Below are positions 1 through 10,500 of a DNA stretch of 64,000 nucleotides, in pieces (within the stretch, counting starts at the first letter, position 1; each line of letters begins with the position of its first letter). This DNA comes from a virus (lineage: Duplodnaviria; Caudoviricetes): positions 64,001-128,000 of the IMG/VR virus record IMGVR_UViG_3300030330_006619; one strand, 5' to 3'. The notes beneath the pieces were generated by a model. It searched no databases and was not told the origin of the DNA. It saw only the letters and a program-made list of their open reading frames with translations. The position numbers were made by a program, and so were the translations under genes.

Positions 1-1
1 A

Positions 2-586
2 ATATATAGAATTTCAGATGATGTTGTAAAACGAGAATTATCAGGAATATCCAAACAAATTAAAAAGTCCTTTATAGAGAGAGAATCACTGCAAGAATCC
101 CTAGAGGACCAAAACAGCACAAAGTGGGAATGGTTAAAAAAAAGACAATTAAGGAAAATGTACAACTGCAATCGTTTGAGGCATCTATTCGAATTAAAAA
201 ATGATATCAAGTATGATATAGTTGTTAGAAGTAGGTTTGATTTTGGCCCCAATATACCAATAGATGTAGAAAAAATATACATGAAAACAAAAAATAATCA
301 CAATAAATTATTTGTTTTTGGCGGATGGCCTTGTGTTCCTCCCATGGTTTTTATGGATAAGTTTTTTTGTGATGGATTTGTTTTCGGAAGCCCAAGAGTA
401 ATTGATGTATTCAGTTCTCTTTTTCTAAAAGAGAATCCGTACCCATATGATAAAAGATATCAACAAACCTGGGAAAAATTTGGAGATAATGTGGAATACC
501 AATTACAACAACACTTGAGAGAAAACAATATCGAATTGGAATATATAGGAGATTCTAGAAGCATGTACCACCTATACAGAGGATAA
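2..586 (+). CDS. 5'-truncated protein with YDIVVRSRFD motif, probably glycosyltransferase-like or sugar-modifying
   Basis: Frame is open from base 2 (IYRISDD...), so the ORF starts outside the window; YDIVVRSRFD and CDGFVFG motifs; adjacent to a capsule-type phosphatase. Confidence 0.45.
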   Translation: MYRISDDVVKRELSGISKQIKKSFIERESLQESLEDQNSTKWEWLKKRQLRKMYNCNRLRHLFELKNDIKYDIVVRSRFDFGPNIPIDVEKIYMKTKNNHNKLFVFGGWPCVPPMVFMDKFFCDGFVFGSPRVIDVFSSLFLKENPYPYDKRYQQTWEKFGDNVEYQLQQHLRENNIELEYIGDSRSMYHLYRG

Positions 587-587
587 A

Positions 588-890
588 ATGATAATTTATG
601 TAGACATTGACGAAACAATATGTATTAGCCCAGAGAGCAGAGACTATAATAAGGCTATACCAATAGAGAAAAACATTAAAAAAATTAATGAAATGTATGA
701 TAATGGAGATGAAATAATTTATTGGACTGCCCGTGGTACCGGATCCGGCATATGTTGGAGAAAAGTCACGGAAAAACAATTCGCTGCATGGGGAGTAAAA
801 TACCATGAGTTGCATTTTGGCAAGCCAATATATGATTTATTCATAGATGATAAAAATATAAATTCAAACAGGTTCTTTAAGGAGGAATAG
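588..890 (+). CDS. HAD-superfamily phosphatase (capsule biosynthesis phosphatase type)
   Basis: HAD motifs VDIDETI, YWTARG, GKP, FIDDK. Confidence 0.85.
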   Translation: MIIYVDIDETICISPESRDYNKAIPIEKNIKKINEMYDNGDEIIYWTARGTGSGICWRKVTEKQFAAWGVKYHELHFGKPIYDLFIDDKNINSNRFFKEE

Positions 891-891
891 A

Positions 892-1107
892 ATGAAATTA
901 TCGAATCAAGCAATGGGAGCCCTGATGATGGCCCTTCAGAAGTCTTTATTGGAGCAGACAGATATAGTTCCAATATTGCAATCTTTTAACTTTCAGTGTA
1001 ATGAAAAAGAAGAATTGACCGTAGTTAATCCACCAAACTTCAAAATTGGAGAAGATGTATTTAACCCTTCAGTTGAAGAAAATAAAAACACAGTAGGGTC
1101 AGATTGA
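892..1107 (+). CDS. Small hypothetical protein
   Basis: AGGAGG SD upstream; tightly packed in the operon. Confidence 0.7.
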   Translation: MKLSNQAMGALMMALQKSLLEQTDIVPILQSFNFQCNEKEELTVVNPPNFKIGEDVFNPSVEENKNTVGSD

Positions 1108-1364
1108 TGCCCTTATACGCTTACAAATGTGAAGATTGCAAAACAACATTTGAGGTTAGACATGGCATGTTTTTTGAAAATCAAAGATGTATAAAGTGTC
1201 ATTCTGAGTTTGTATTTAGGGTCCCTAGTGAAATTGGTGCTTCCACCAGCTCTAAAGAGGAGTACAGTCCGCAAAAGCCCGGTGAAGTAACAAAACAATT
1301 TATTGAAGATACAAAAAGAGAAATAAAAAAAGAGAAGAAATCTCTGAAGAATAGAGAATTATAA
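1107..1364 (+). CDS. FmdB-family zinc ribbon protein
   Basis: MPLYAYKCEDC...FEV...CIKC; ATG at 1107 preferred over TTG at 1104. Confidence 0.8.
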   Translation: MPLYAYKCEDCKTTFEVRHGMFFENQRCIKCHSEFVFRVPSEIGASTSSKEEYSPQKPGEVTKQFIEDTKREIKKEKKSLKNREL

Positions 1365-1669
1365 TGTTTGAGATTATACTAATAGCTAGCGTTTTTCTAA
1401 ATTTATTATTATTTTTTTATGTTAGGTGGCTATTGAAGACAATTTCTGTAATAAACGAGGATATAAGTTCTGTCTCGCAAATTATTTCTCAATTTCAAGG
1501 GCACTTAAAATCTGTTTACGAGTTAGAGATGTTCTATGGGGACAACACACTAAAAGCGCTGTTAGACCACACTAACAACTTGTCAGAAGAATTAAGCAAC
1601 CTAGATTTAATACTAAATGTAGAAGAAGAAAAAGAAGAGATATTGATAGATGATAAAGAGACAGCGTAG
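1364..1669 (+). CDS. Membrane-anchored hypothetical protein
   Basis: N-terminal hydrophobic helix (FEIILIASVFLNLLLFFYV) followed by a helical region. Confidence 0.65.
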   Translation: MFEIILIASVFLNLLLFFYVRWLLKTISVINEDISSVSQIISQFQGHLKSVYELEMFYGDNTLKALLDHTNNLSEELSNLDLILNVEEEKEEILIDDKETA

Positions 1670-2345
1670 AAAAAGAACAAAAAATAATTATTTTACAAAA
1701 GTCCACGAAGAGGCAATAGTAAAGTACGCATTATCAACAAGCAAGAAAGAAAAATCATCACTCTACATATCCTTAATACAGCCTGCATTTGATGAGATGG
1801 TCAATAAAATAATTTTTACATACAAATTCAATAACCTTCCAAATATTGACTCTTTAAGAGATGATTGCAAAGTTTGGTTGACTACTATTTTGGATAAATA
1901 TGATCCAAACAAAGGTTCAAAAGCGTTTTCTTATTTTTCTGTTGTGACAAAGAACTGGTTTATTCATAAGGTTAAGCAAAACTCAAAAAAGCTTAAAAAA
2001 GAAGTTTCTTACGAGGGAATTGTAGAGAATGGTGGCTCTGATTCACTTGGCACTTCTACTTCTACAAACGATTATGTGGAAAAAAGAGAGGAAGCAGAAT
2101 TTTGGATTTGTCTGCTAAGGCAAGTAGATAGTTGGGATACTGGAAATCTAAAGACAAACGAAAAAGTAGTCTTAGAGGCTGTAAAAATCTTATTACACAA
2201 TATAGAAGATATAGAAATTTTTAATAAAAAAGCTATTTACTTATACTTGAGAGAGCTAACAGGTTTGAATACAAAGCAGGTAGTTAACAATTTAAATAAA
2301 CTTAGAGAAAAATATAGAAATTTTAAAACTAAGTGGAATAAGTAG
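1650..2345 (+). CDS. Phage sigma factor, T4 gp55-like (late transcription)
   Basis: NYFT...EEAIVKY and KYDPNKGSKAFSYFSVVTKNWF resemble the gp55 region-2 pattern FDPEKSxNPFAYFT. Confidence 0.7.
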   Translation: MIKRQRRKRTKNNYFTKVHEEAIVKYALSTSKKEKSSLYISLIQPAFDEMVNKIIFTYKFNNLPNIDSLRDDCKVWLTTILDKYDPNKGSKAFSYFSVVTKNWFIHKVKQNSKKLKKEVSYEGIVENGGSDSLGTSTSTNDYVEKREEAEFWICLLRQVDSWDTGNLKTNEKVVLEAVKILLHNIEDIEIFNKKAIYLYLRELTGLNTKQVVNNLNKLREKYRNFKTKWNK

Positions 2346-2353
2346 AGTTTATT

Positions 2354-2650
2354 ATGAAAAAACATAAACTAGAAGAATACATTGAAAGAGCGTCGACAAA
2401 CATTACAGATGATCGTGCTGCCACAAAGACGCTTTTAATGACAATAATGAAATATATGCAACTAGGCGATGATAGGCACAAAGAAGTGGGATTAATTGCG
2501 GCAAAGTATTTAGAGACGCTCCAAAGATCTAATGAACAACTTGTTAAATTAGCAGCTTTAATACAAAAAAAAGAAAATAAACAAGAAGAAATATCTGAAG
2601 AAGATAAGCAAGAGTTGTTTGACCTAATAAACTCTAAGGAAGATAAGTAA
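2354..2650 (+). CDS. Helical hypothetical protein, possibly small-terminase (gp16)-like
   Basis: 98 aa, two long helices; EVGLIAAKYLETLQRSNEQLVKL loosely resembles the gp16 central helix; function uncertain. Confidence 0.35.
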   Translation: MKKHKLEEYIERASTNITDDRAATKTLLMTIMKYMQLGDDRHKEVGLIAAKYLETLQRSNEQLVKLAALIQKKENKQEEISEEDKQELFDLINSKEDK

Positions 2651-2651
2651 A

Positions 2652-3440
2652 ATGGCAGAGGGGGACAACAAAGTTTTAGGAGTGCCAACTCCAGGTTTGA
2701 GTCCATTTGCTAATGCTTCATCCCACGGAGGTACTCGTAGGCCTGATCTCGGCTCGGCTTATAGTTTTACTGACAAATTGGCTCGTATTCTCCACGCGGC
2801 AGAAGACGAAGAAGTAGATTTAAATACAGAGTTGGAATATGCAGTCTGCCTACAGGCAAGAAGAATGGGAACCTATGAATTTTCAGAAGTGTTTAGTAAT
2901 AATAATATTATAAGAAAAAAGATCTTAGGAAGCCCAATAAACGAAGAAAGACTTAACTCTGGAGATGTTGTAGAAGTCTATGCACACGTCCCCGGCTTAA
3001 CAGAGATGCTACCAGAACCAGATATGAAGATTGTGGGAGAATATTTGAAAGTTTTTGAGGATTTTAGGTTAGCAGACGAAGCACTTAGTCGCCAACCCGG
3101 TACTGGTGGAAGAACAGTAGATTTAAAAAAAATGAAAGAACACTACAGTAAAAACTTGGACAGAATTATTAAAGACTACTTAAGAGAACTTAAGATAATA
3201 ACAATGTACCCCAGGTTCTATAAGTCTGTAGAAGACAATGTAACCCCAGGTATTTCCCCTGGTGAAGTTTTCAAGATAAAATTCTTTGAGTCTGGTGGCA
3301 AGTCAAGTAAAGATAGAGCTAGGCCAGTACCTACAAAGTGCTTTGGAGAATATTTAGAAAAAACAAACTATTTCATAAATTTTGCAGAAGCTACAAATCA
3401 AGAACTTATTTCAGGAGAATATAGTCCAGGCCGCAGTTAA
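2652..3440 (+). CDS. Hypothetical protein, probably baseplate-associated
   Basis: 262-aa ORF directly before the spike-like gene; function inferred from position only. Confidence 0.45.
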   Translation: MAEGDNKVLGVPTPGLSPFANASSHGGTRRPDLGSAYSFTDKLARILHAAEDEEVDLNTELEYAVCLQARRMGTYEFSEVFSNNNIIRKKILGSPINEERLNSGDVVEVYAHVPGLTEMLPEPDMKIVGEYLKVFEDFRLADEALSRQPGTGGRTVDLKKMKEHYSKNLDRIIKDYLRELKIITMYPRFYKSVEDNVTPGISPGEVFKIKFFESGGKSSKDRARPVPTKCFGEYLEKTNYFINFAEATNQELISGEYSPGRS

Positions 3441-3474
3441 ATTATTGTCTGTGTAAATAGAAAGAAGAAGCTAT

Positions 3475-4482
3475 ATGAATAACACTTATTTTACAAAAGA
3501 GCAACCACCATCCGGCCGCCGCGGCATCGGTGACCAAGGTTTAGATGAGCCAATACCTCGGTTTTTAAATAGAAGCGAGGATAAGATGTGGTTTGGGGCA
3601 AACAATACGCTGATTTGGATGGGTAGAGATAGAGATCCCCAAGAAGAAGGGTCATTATCATCCAGCCCTACCACATCAGATTTATCATCAGGGTTTTCAA
3701 CTTATCAAGGCGCCGGCGCAATTTGCTTAGTAGTGGGCAGAGGAGCCCCTTATCCAGTCGTTGATGGAAAGGGGAGTAAACCTCAGGGCCAAGCTCCCAT
3801 GTTTAAAGACGGTCCTGAGCCAAGCTATGGCGGTGTGGAGTTATATGAAGGCAAGCATGATACTTGGGCCTGCGATGCAGCAACTCTCTATATAAGTCAA
3901 AAATCAGATGTCGACAAGTCTTTTGGATTCAAAGAGATGATATCTGGAAAAGGCCAGAAAATAAAATATGAAAGAAGACCTTCTTCTGCAATTGTCCTAA
4001 AGGCAGATAAAGTTAGAATTAATTCTAGAAGAGATATCTACCTTATTGCTGGCTCTGAATTTGGTCGTGATTCTAATGGATTTAACATAAAGGAGACAGA
4101 AGGTGCAATACATTTAGTATCAAAACATGATGGGGTCTTTAGAGAACAACAACCTATACCTTTGGGGACTAATTTGGTTCAATTTCTCAAAAGCTTCCTT
4201 AATACAACCGCAGGAGCGATTGCGACAATAAATAAAATATTGATATCTCAGGCTGAATTTAATTCACAAGTAATGTACCATCATCATGGTACAGGGGTTG
4301 GCCCGACAACCTTTTCCCCACCAGTCGCTGCAGCTGGTTTAAAAAAGTGTGCGGATGACATTACAAGTTTGGAAAATACAATATTTGATGAATTTATAAA
4401 TATACCATTTTCTTTAGACAATGGGTATTTAGATAAAAGTTCCAATAAATACATTAACAGTTTGAGTAACACAACCAATTAG
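3475..4482 (+). CDS. Baseplate central spike-like protein (gpV/gp138/gp5-C type)
   Basis: Beta-rich repeats (IVLKADKVRINSRRDIYLIAG), QPIPLG, and a C-terminal HHHGTGVGPT resembling the HxH metal-binding spike tip; upstream of gp25/gp6. Confidence 0.6.
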   Translation: MNNTYFTKEQPPSGRRGIGDQGLDEPIPRFLNRSEDKMWFGANNTLIWMGRDRDPQEEGSLSSSPTTSDLSSGFSTYQGAGAICLVVGRGAPYPVVDGKGSKPQGQAPMFKDGPEPSYGGVELYEGKHDTWACDAATLYISQKSDVDKSFGFKEMISGKGQKIKYERRPSSAIVLKADKVRINSRRDIYLIAGSEFGRDSNGFNIKETEGAIHLVSKHDGVFREQQPIPLGTNLVQFLKSFLNTTAGAIATINKILISQAEFNSQVMYHHHGTGVGPTTFSPPVAAAGLKKCADDITSLENTIFDEFINIPFSLDNGYLDKSSNKYINSLSNTTN

Positions 4483-4517
4483 AGTTTTAGTTAATTTAGA
4501 TATTAAGAGATTATAGT

Positions 4518-7500
4518 ATGAGAAGATTTTCGCCATTTAAAATAGAGATAAGAAAAGACGGTAAAATAATATCTTTCGGAGAGAGGTATTATGGAGAAAT
4601 AGGTAAAGACATCCTTGCTATTAAAGTGGCCCTAGGTCTAGTGAAAAGCAGAGAAGATGCTCTAAGTGAAGTGGAGACAACACCACCTTCAGAGGAAAAT
4701 CAACCTCCAGTTATCATGGATAATCAAAATTGGTTTGAGTGCGGCACCGGAGTTGGGATAGACATTCAGAAAGCGTCGACTTTTGATCAGAGGCTAAAGA
4801 ATGCAATTATAAAATTTCAAATAGATAATCAATTTTTAATTACTTCATATCTTTTCGAAAAGTTTGGAGTACAGAAAAATCTTTCAGAGAAAAGTAGCGA
4901 ATATTATACATCAGATGAAGATGATGAAAAATATTCACAAGATGTTGTGTTTCAGATAACTGCTGCATTTGAACTTTTTCAAGCAGAAGTTGGAAATATT
5001 AGAGAAGCAACATTAGCTATAATGCATGGATGGAAACCACAAACAGAATACACCTTTAATGGTTACAAACACCCCAATGCCAGGGAGCAAGATAGGATTG
5101 TCGAGGTTGTTCCACAGGTTCTTTATAAAGATTTAAGAGATGGAAAGCTTGGCCAGTCAATATCAGATTTAGAATCTCAAAATATAATTTATGAAAATTC
5201 ACATGAACTAAATTCAAGAGAAAAATTATTAAATTGGCTTGATAACGCTCCTCGCAATTCAGTGTGGTTATCAAGGAGGACAAAGGTAGAATTTGGTTCT
5301 CTGGATTATAAGCCAGTAATACAAGGTAATAGTCCATTATATAGAGCTTCAATTGAAATTCTAGAAAACCAAGAAGTACAAAATACAGAAAATCTTTTGT
5401 CTTATGATGATAGAAAAAACCTGCTAAGAACCATGCTTTATCCTGATCCTTTCTCATCTCCAGATCCTTTTGAAATAAATAATCGAGAGATAGGGTATTT
5501 TCATCGTACAGAGTTTGTGCTTGATTCATCAGGTCCCTTGCCAAATGAAGAACCAGAAACGATCAGAAGACTTGAAGATGAGGCATTGAAAAAAGTAATT
5601 GAGTTCTATGGAAAACCAGATGTCTGGGTTTTTCCAAAAAATGAAGCATTTTTCCAAGTAGGCTACTTTGGAGGACAAGATCAGCCAACACCAAATTATA
5701 ATCCTAGGTTTCCAACAGAAATAACAGATGAAATGAAATCTTTTTTACCAACTTACATTGGCTATAAAAATAGTATTTCCTCAAAAGAAAATGAGTTAAA
5801 AAATAAGCTTGATGAATTGGGAACGCAAATGTATGATTTTCTGCCGGATGGAGTACTAACATTTGACAATTACACACCAGAACAAATGGAGTCTGAATTT
5901 TATGATTGGGAGCTTTCACCAAGAGAAAAGAGGGCTCTAAAAAGAATAAAAGAACTTAGGGGAGAGATTTCAGTTTTAAAAGCAGCTTACAGCGCAGACC
6001 CAAGAGAAGTAAATTTAGAACAAGAGTTTATAAGAAACTTCTGGTGTCTAAGTACAGAAAATCAAATTTCTGTTTTTGAAGAAGCAGGAAGTGAAAATTT
6101 GGCTCAAACTTGGAGGACAATCGATTCTTTTGGGGGCACCGAACCGCTTATTAAATTCGAGGAGTTTAGGACACCTTCAACAAGGCCATCAGACAATTAT
6201 GTAGCATTGTTTATAATAAACAAAGAAAAATTTGATCTAATAAAAAATGGAGAGTTCCTTAATGTTTCAGCAGAGGAAGAAACAGACGAAGTTTCGACTA
6301 TTGAGCCAGTAAACTGTATAGATGAAAGTTCCGAGCAAGCTCTTAGAACTTTTGAAGAATACAAAATACATGCCAAGCAGAGAAGAAGACAGCTTGTGAG
6401 GAGGCTTAGAGAACAGACACAAGCAATGCAAGAAGAAAGAGAAGAGCAGGGCCCGGCTTTTTCAGCTAGAATTGACCTTGGGTCTGGCCTAGGCCCTTTT
6501 GATACAGAGTCTGCAATAGGATCGCTTTTTGAAGGTATGGGATTTGGAAGTTTAGGGGCTAGTGATTATGAATATACAACTGGACTTTTAAGTGGCGTAG
6601 TAGAAGGCGCAGATATGCTTCTGGAACGAGCCGGAATAGCAAGATCTGACTTGGAAGCTTTGAACGAGACACTCGCTGCCAGCGATTCGATAGAATCATC
6701 AAATGTGGTAAAGCCATCAGGAGCCGCAAAGGAACCAGGCCCTCCGGGGTCGCTGTCTATAAATTATGGCACCGGTGGAGACGAAGACACAAATCCTAGT
6801 TTTATAGGCCCGGGACTCTCAGAGAGAGTTAAGGTCGCAGCTAAAGACTTAAGGGAGGCTGGGAAAATAATTGAGTCTAAGGGAATTAAGTTTGAACCTG
6901 GATGCGATTTCGACGCCAATAATGAGGCTTTAATGTTAGAAAATTTCATCTCTCAATTAGATGAAATGTTAGCAGATTCACCTGATGGTCCCTTTAATAA
7001 TTTTAGGGGTGAAAATATTCATGAGTTTACTATGAGAGATATAAACAGATCTCAAAAGGGCCCGGACAATGGCAAGAAACTTACGATGTATGCGCCTTCT
7101 GAAGGTGGTAAGAGAACTGTAGTGAAAGCCTCAACACATTGGGCATCTGAAGCTGGCAAGAAAAAATACCCTGCACTTAGCCGCCCTCGAACATTGAATT
7201 ATATTTTCAATATAAAAGATATGGTACCTAGCACTGTAGACAGTGGCGTTCCCGGGTTGCCAAGCGGCGCCAAAGCCCTATCTTTTTTCTCGTCTGACAA
7301 CCGCGGAGCTTGTGAGGACCTTGGCTTTGATCAAAAGAAAAATGATGCAATAGCTTACGTTGGAAGGTATACTTCTGGTTTAAAAACCCAAGCAAAAAGA
7401 AAAAAATCAAATTCTGTTAAATCCTGGACTGAGGTTTTCATAGAAGATCCAGCCAAAGAGTGGGCAAAAGCATCAGAAGAAAACTTTAAAGACTCTTTTA

Positions 7501-10500
7501 ATGACACCCTAGACGAAGAGCAGGTGCTAGAAGCATTTGGAAAGTTATGCACCTTAGATGATATATACGATGAGTTCATAGATAAGGTGAGTCTCCCAGC
7601 TTTACTTTGTGATTTTATCAAGTGTTTAAAGCTTCCGGGATTTTCTTTGAAATTACCCAGTCTGAAGTTGCCGCCTTTGCCAAAAGTGCCCATATTAGGA
7701 TGGTATATAGCTCTTATCAAATTATTAAAAAAAGAATGGAAGCAAATATTAACTAGAATTTTATGCACTTTTGTTAGGTCAATAATAGATAAATTAGCTT
7801 TTCCGTTTTGTGAAGAACAATTAGAAGATTTTGTCGCTGCAGGATCCTCAGCATCAGATGTCATGAACAGTGCTATAATGGACTCTTTGATTAATACTGG
7901 GGTTCCCGCAGAAAAAAAGGAAGAATCAAAAAAGTTTTTTGAAGATAGTTCAAACCACCTTACTCCTCAGGAGCTTTGTTATCTACTAACTGGCAAGCCC
8001 TTAAATGCTGCAACTATGAAGGTGCTGGAAAGGTTGGTAGAAAAGAATGGCTTAGCAGAGCATCTATCAACAAATGAGGAAATTACAAACTATTTTGGCG
8101 TTCTAGGGTCTTATATTCCATTTGAGCTTTGTGAAGAATTGTCACTTCCAGATGATGATTCTTCTTGTTCAGATATTTTAGAAGCTGTACAAGCAATCAG
8201 GGATAAGCTGCTTACAGGCTCCGGAGAAGTTTCAGATGAAGAATTAGATTACATAACAGATTTAGCAAAAAAGAATGCCGAAGACACACTAAATCAAGCC
8301 CGAGCACTTTCTGGTGCTCAATTTGGCTCCTTAGTGCCGCCCATCTATGGGCCTAATAACCCAAACTCTCTTATGCCCGGGCTCCCAAAACAAGCTTTGG
8401 AACATTTGGGCCAACTTGTTGGATATATGTTTGAGCCCGCCAAAACAAGTTATGTAAAATCACTTCTTACGTATGTGGAATCAATGAGGATGATGACTCC
8501 TTATTCGCCTTGGCCCGGGGAAGATGATTATAACTACAATGAAATATTGACATTAGAAGCAGCAATGGAGCAGTTGAATAATTTCACTTTACGAATGGAA
8601 TCAGAGCAACGCTCAAGGCTTAGAGAAATGGGATATGAGCACCTTTCTGAACTTGAGTCAGAAACTTTAAATACGATGATCGAGGAAACAGAGAAAGCTA
8701 TTGAGCAGCATCGCAATAGATATCAAGAATTATTTGATCAACTTAAGGTTGAGAATGCGACATATCAAGATCTTTATGATAAAATGCACGCACTTGTTGA
8801 AATGGTAGCGCAGAAGAGAGATTCGATTCGTACAATTGAAAGTAATTTCGAACTTAATGATTACGCGGCTATAAAAGGGTATGCTCGTGGTCGAAAGTAT
8901 AGCGCATACGACGCACCAGATAGACAGCCATATTATGATGGAGAAAGTCATGAAATTTATTTTGAAAACAAAAAGGCCTCAAAATGCACCAATGGCATTC
9001 CTCTGGGTCCACTTTTCGGCGGAGTTTGCACTAATGAAAGAACAAGAAACTCAGGTGATTACCCGCGCCATGGCTTGGCAGCTTACGTAGGTCACTCAAT
9101 TGCCAGATCTGGCGTGGAAATAAGTGCTAAAGATTGGTGGCTTGAACTAGAAAGTCTTATTGAGGATTATTTTTTAGGATTTTGGACAAAAATATCAGAA
9201 ATTAGCAATGAAACGATCGAATCTTTTTCTTTAGAAAATGAAAGTTTAAATCAATTTTCTCTTACTCTGGCCGACAACGGATATTCTGAAGTTTTCCCAA
9301 CCTTGTTACAGACCGCTACTGATAACCAGCGCGCCGCCCGTAGTTGGTTAGCAGGCTATGACGACCCGAGCCCACTGGTTAAGGCATTTGGCCAGCAGGA
9401 GTGGGGTCGCACACTTGCAGGGGGAGTTAACTTTATTTCAGTAGAGAACAGATTTCCATCTGAAGCACAAGATGTCAGAGATGGCATCTCAGTCAGATAT
9501 CTTATAAATCAATATCTGGATGGTATTGAAGAGGAAAAAGAAAGAATTAGAGCTAGGTTAGCTTTTTTTCCTGACAATCTTAATCCTTTCGCCCTAGAAG
9601 ACCCACGTCACGAGTTGTGGGAAAACTCTGTCAGTGATATCAGCAACAATTTGAATGATCACTACAGTGAACCCTTTGGGTGGAAAATAATATCCGGCAA
9701 CTTAGCTAAAACTATGCGTGCTTTTAGTTATATTGGGGACGTAATGATAGATTCTGCTCAACGTAGAAGTGAAATCTTTAATGAAATGTATAATGAGATA
9801 GCCGCCCTAAGCACTAGAGAAGTCGATCTAAGCGCCCTACAGGTTGCTACCGCGCCGCCTAAAATTTCAGCTCTAGCAGCCTTAGAATTATTCAGACTGT
9901 TTGAAATTCAAATAATTAATGGACACCCAGTTCATAGAAGAGTATTTATTCCAAGGGGCGGCGCGCCATATCTTGGGCAATCGTCAGCTCGACTAGAAAT
10001 GCGAGATGAATATAATCTAGATCAATCATCTGGAAGAGGACTAGATCCGTATATCGTACCTCCAACTCCAGCAAGAATAGATTCTGATGGCAGAAGATGG
10101 CGCGACCAACCGGGATCTCTCCCAAGTGGAGCCAATAAGCACTTAATAAATCACGTTGATTTTTATAGACACGCTACAAATACATTAGAGGATTCAGATA
10201 GCATACTTGCACAAGCCAGCACAATACAATTAGCAACAGGTGTCTCAATGTTTTCAGAAACTAGATTTTTCTTTCCATATACATTGGAACCTCGTAAAGG
10301 GTCCCTTGTCCCGAACTCTGGAACCGGCCTCTTCCCCGGCGACCGTCCACCAGGCCCTTATCCTACTTCTGACGAGTGGGTCCATAATCCTGCTAGAGAC
10401 GAGGTCAATCAACCTGCTGAAGATATTGTTGCAGATTCAGAAAGAGTTGATAAGCTTTTTAATTTTTCTAGTCCGCCCCCCGTGTTGGGCCCAAGGATAA

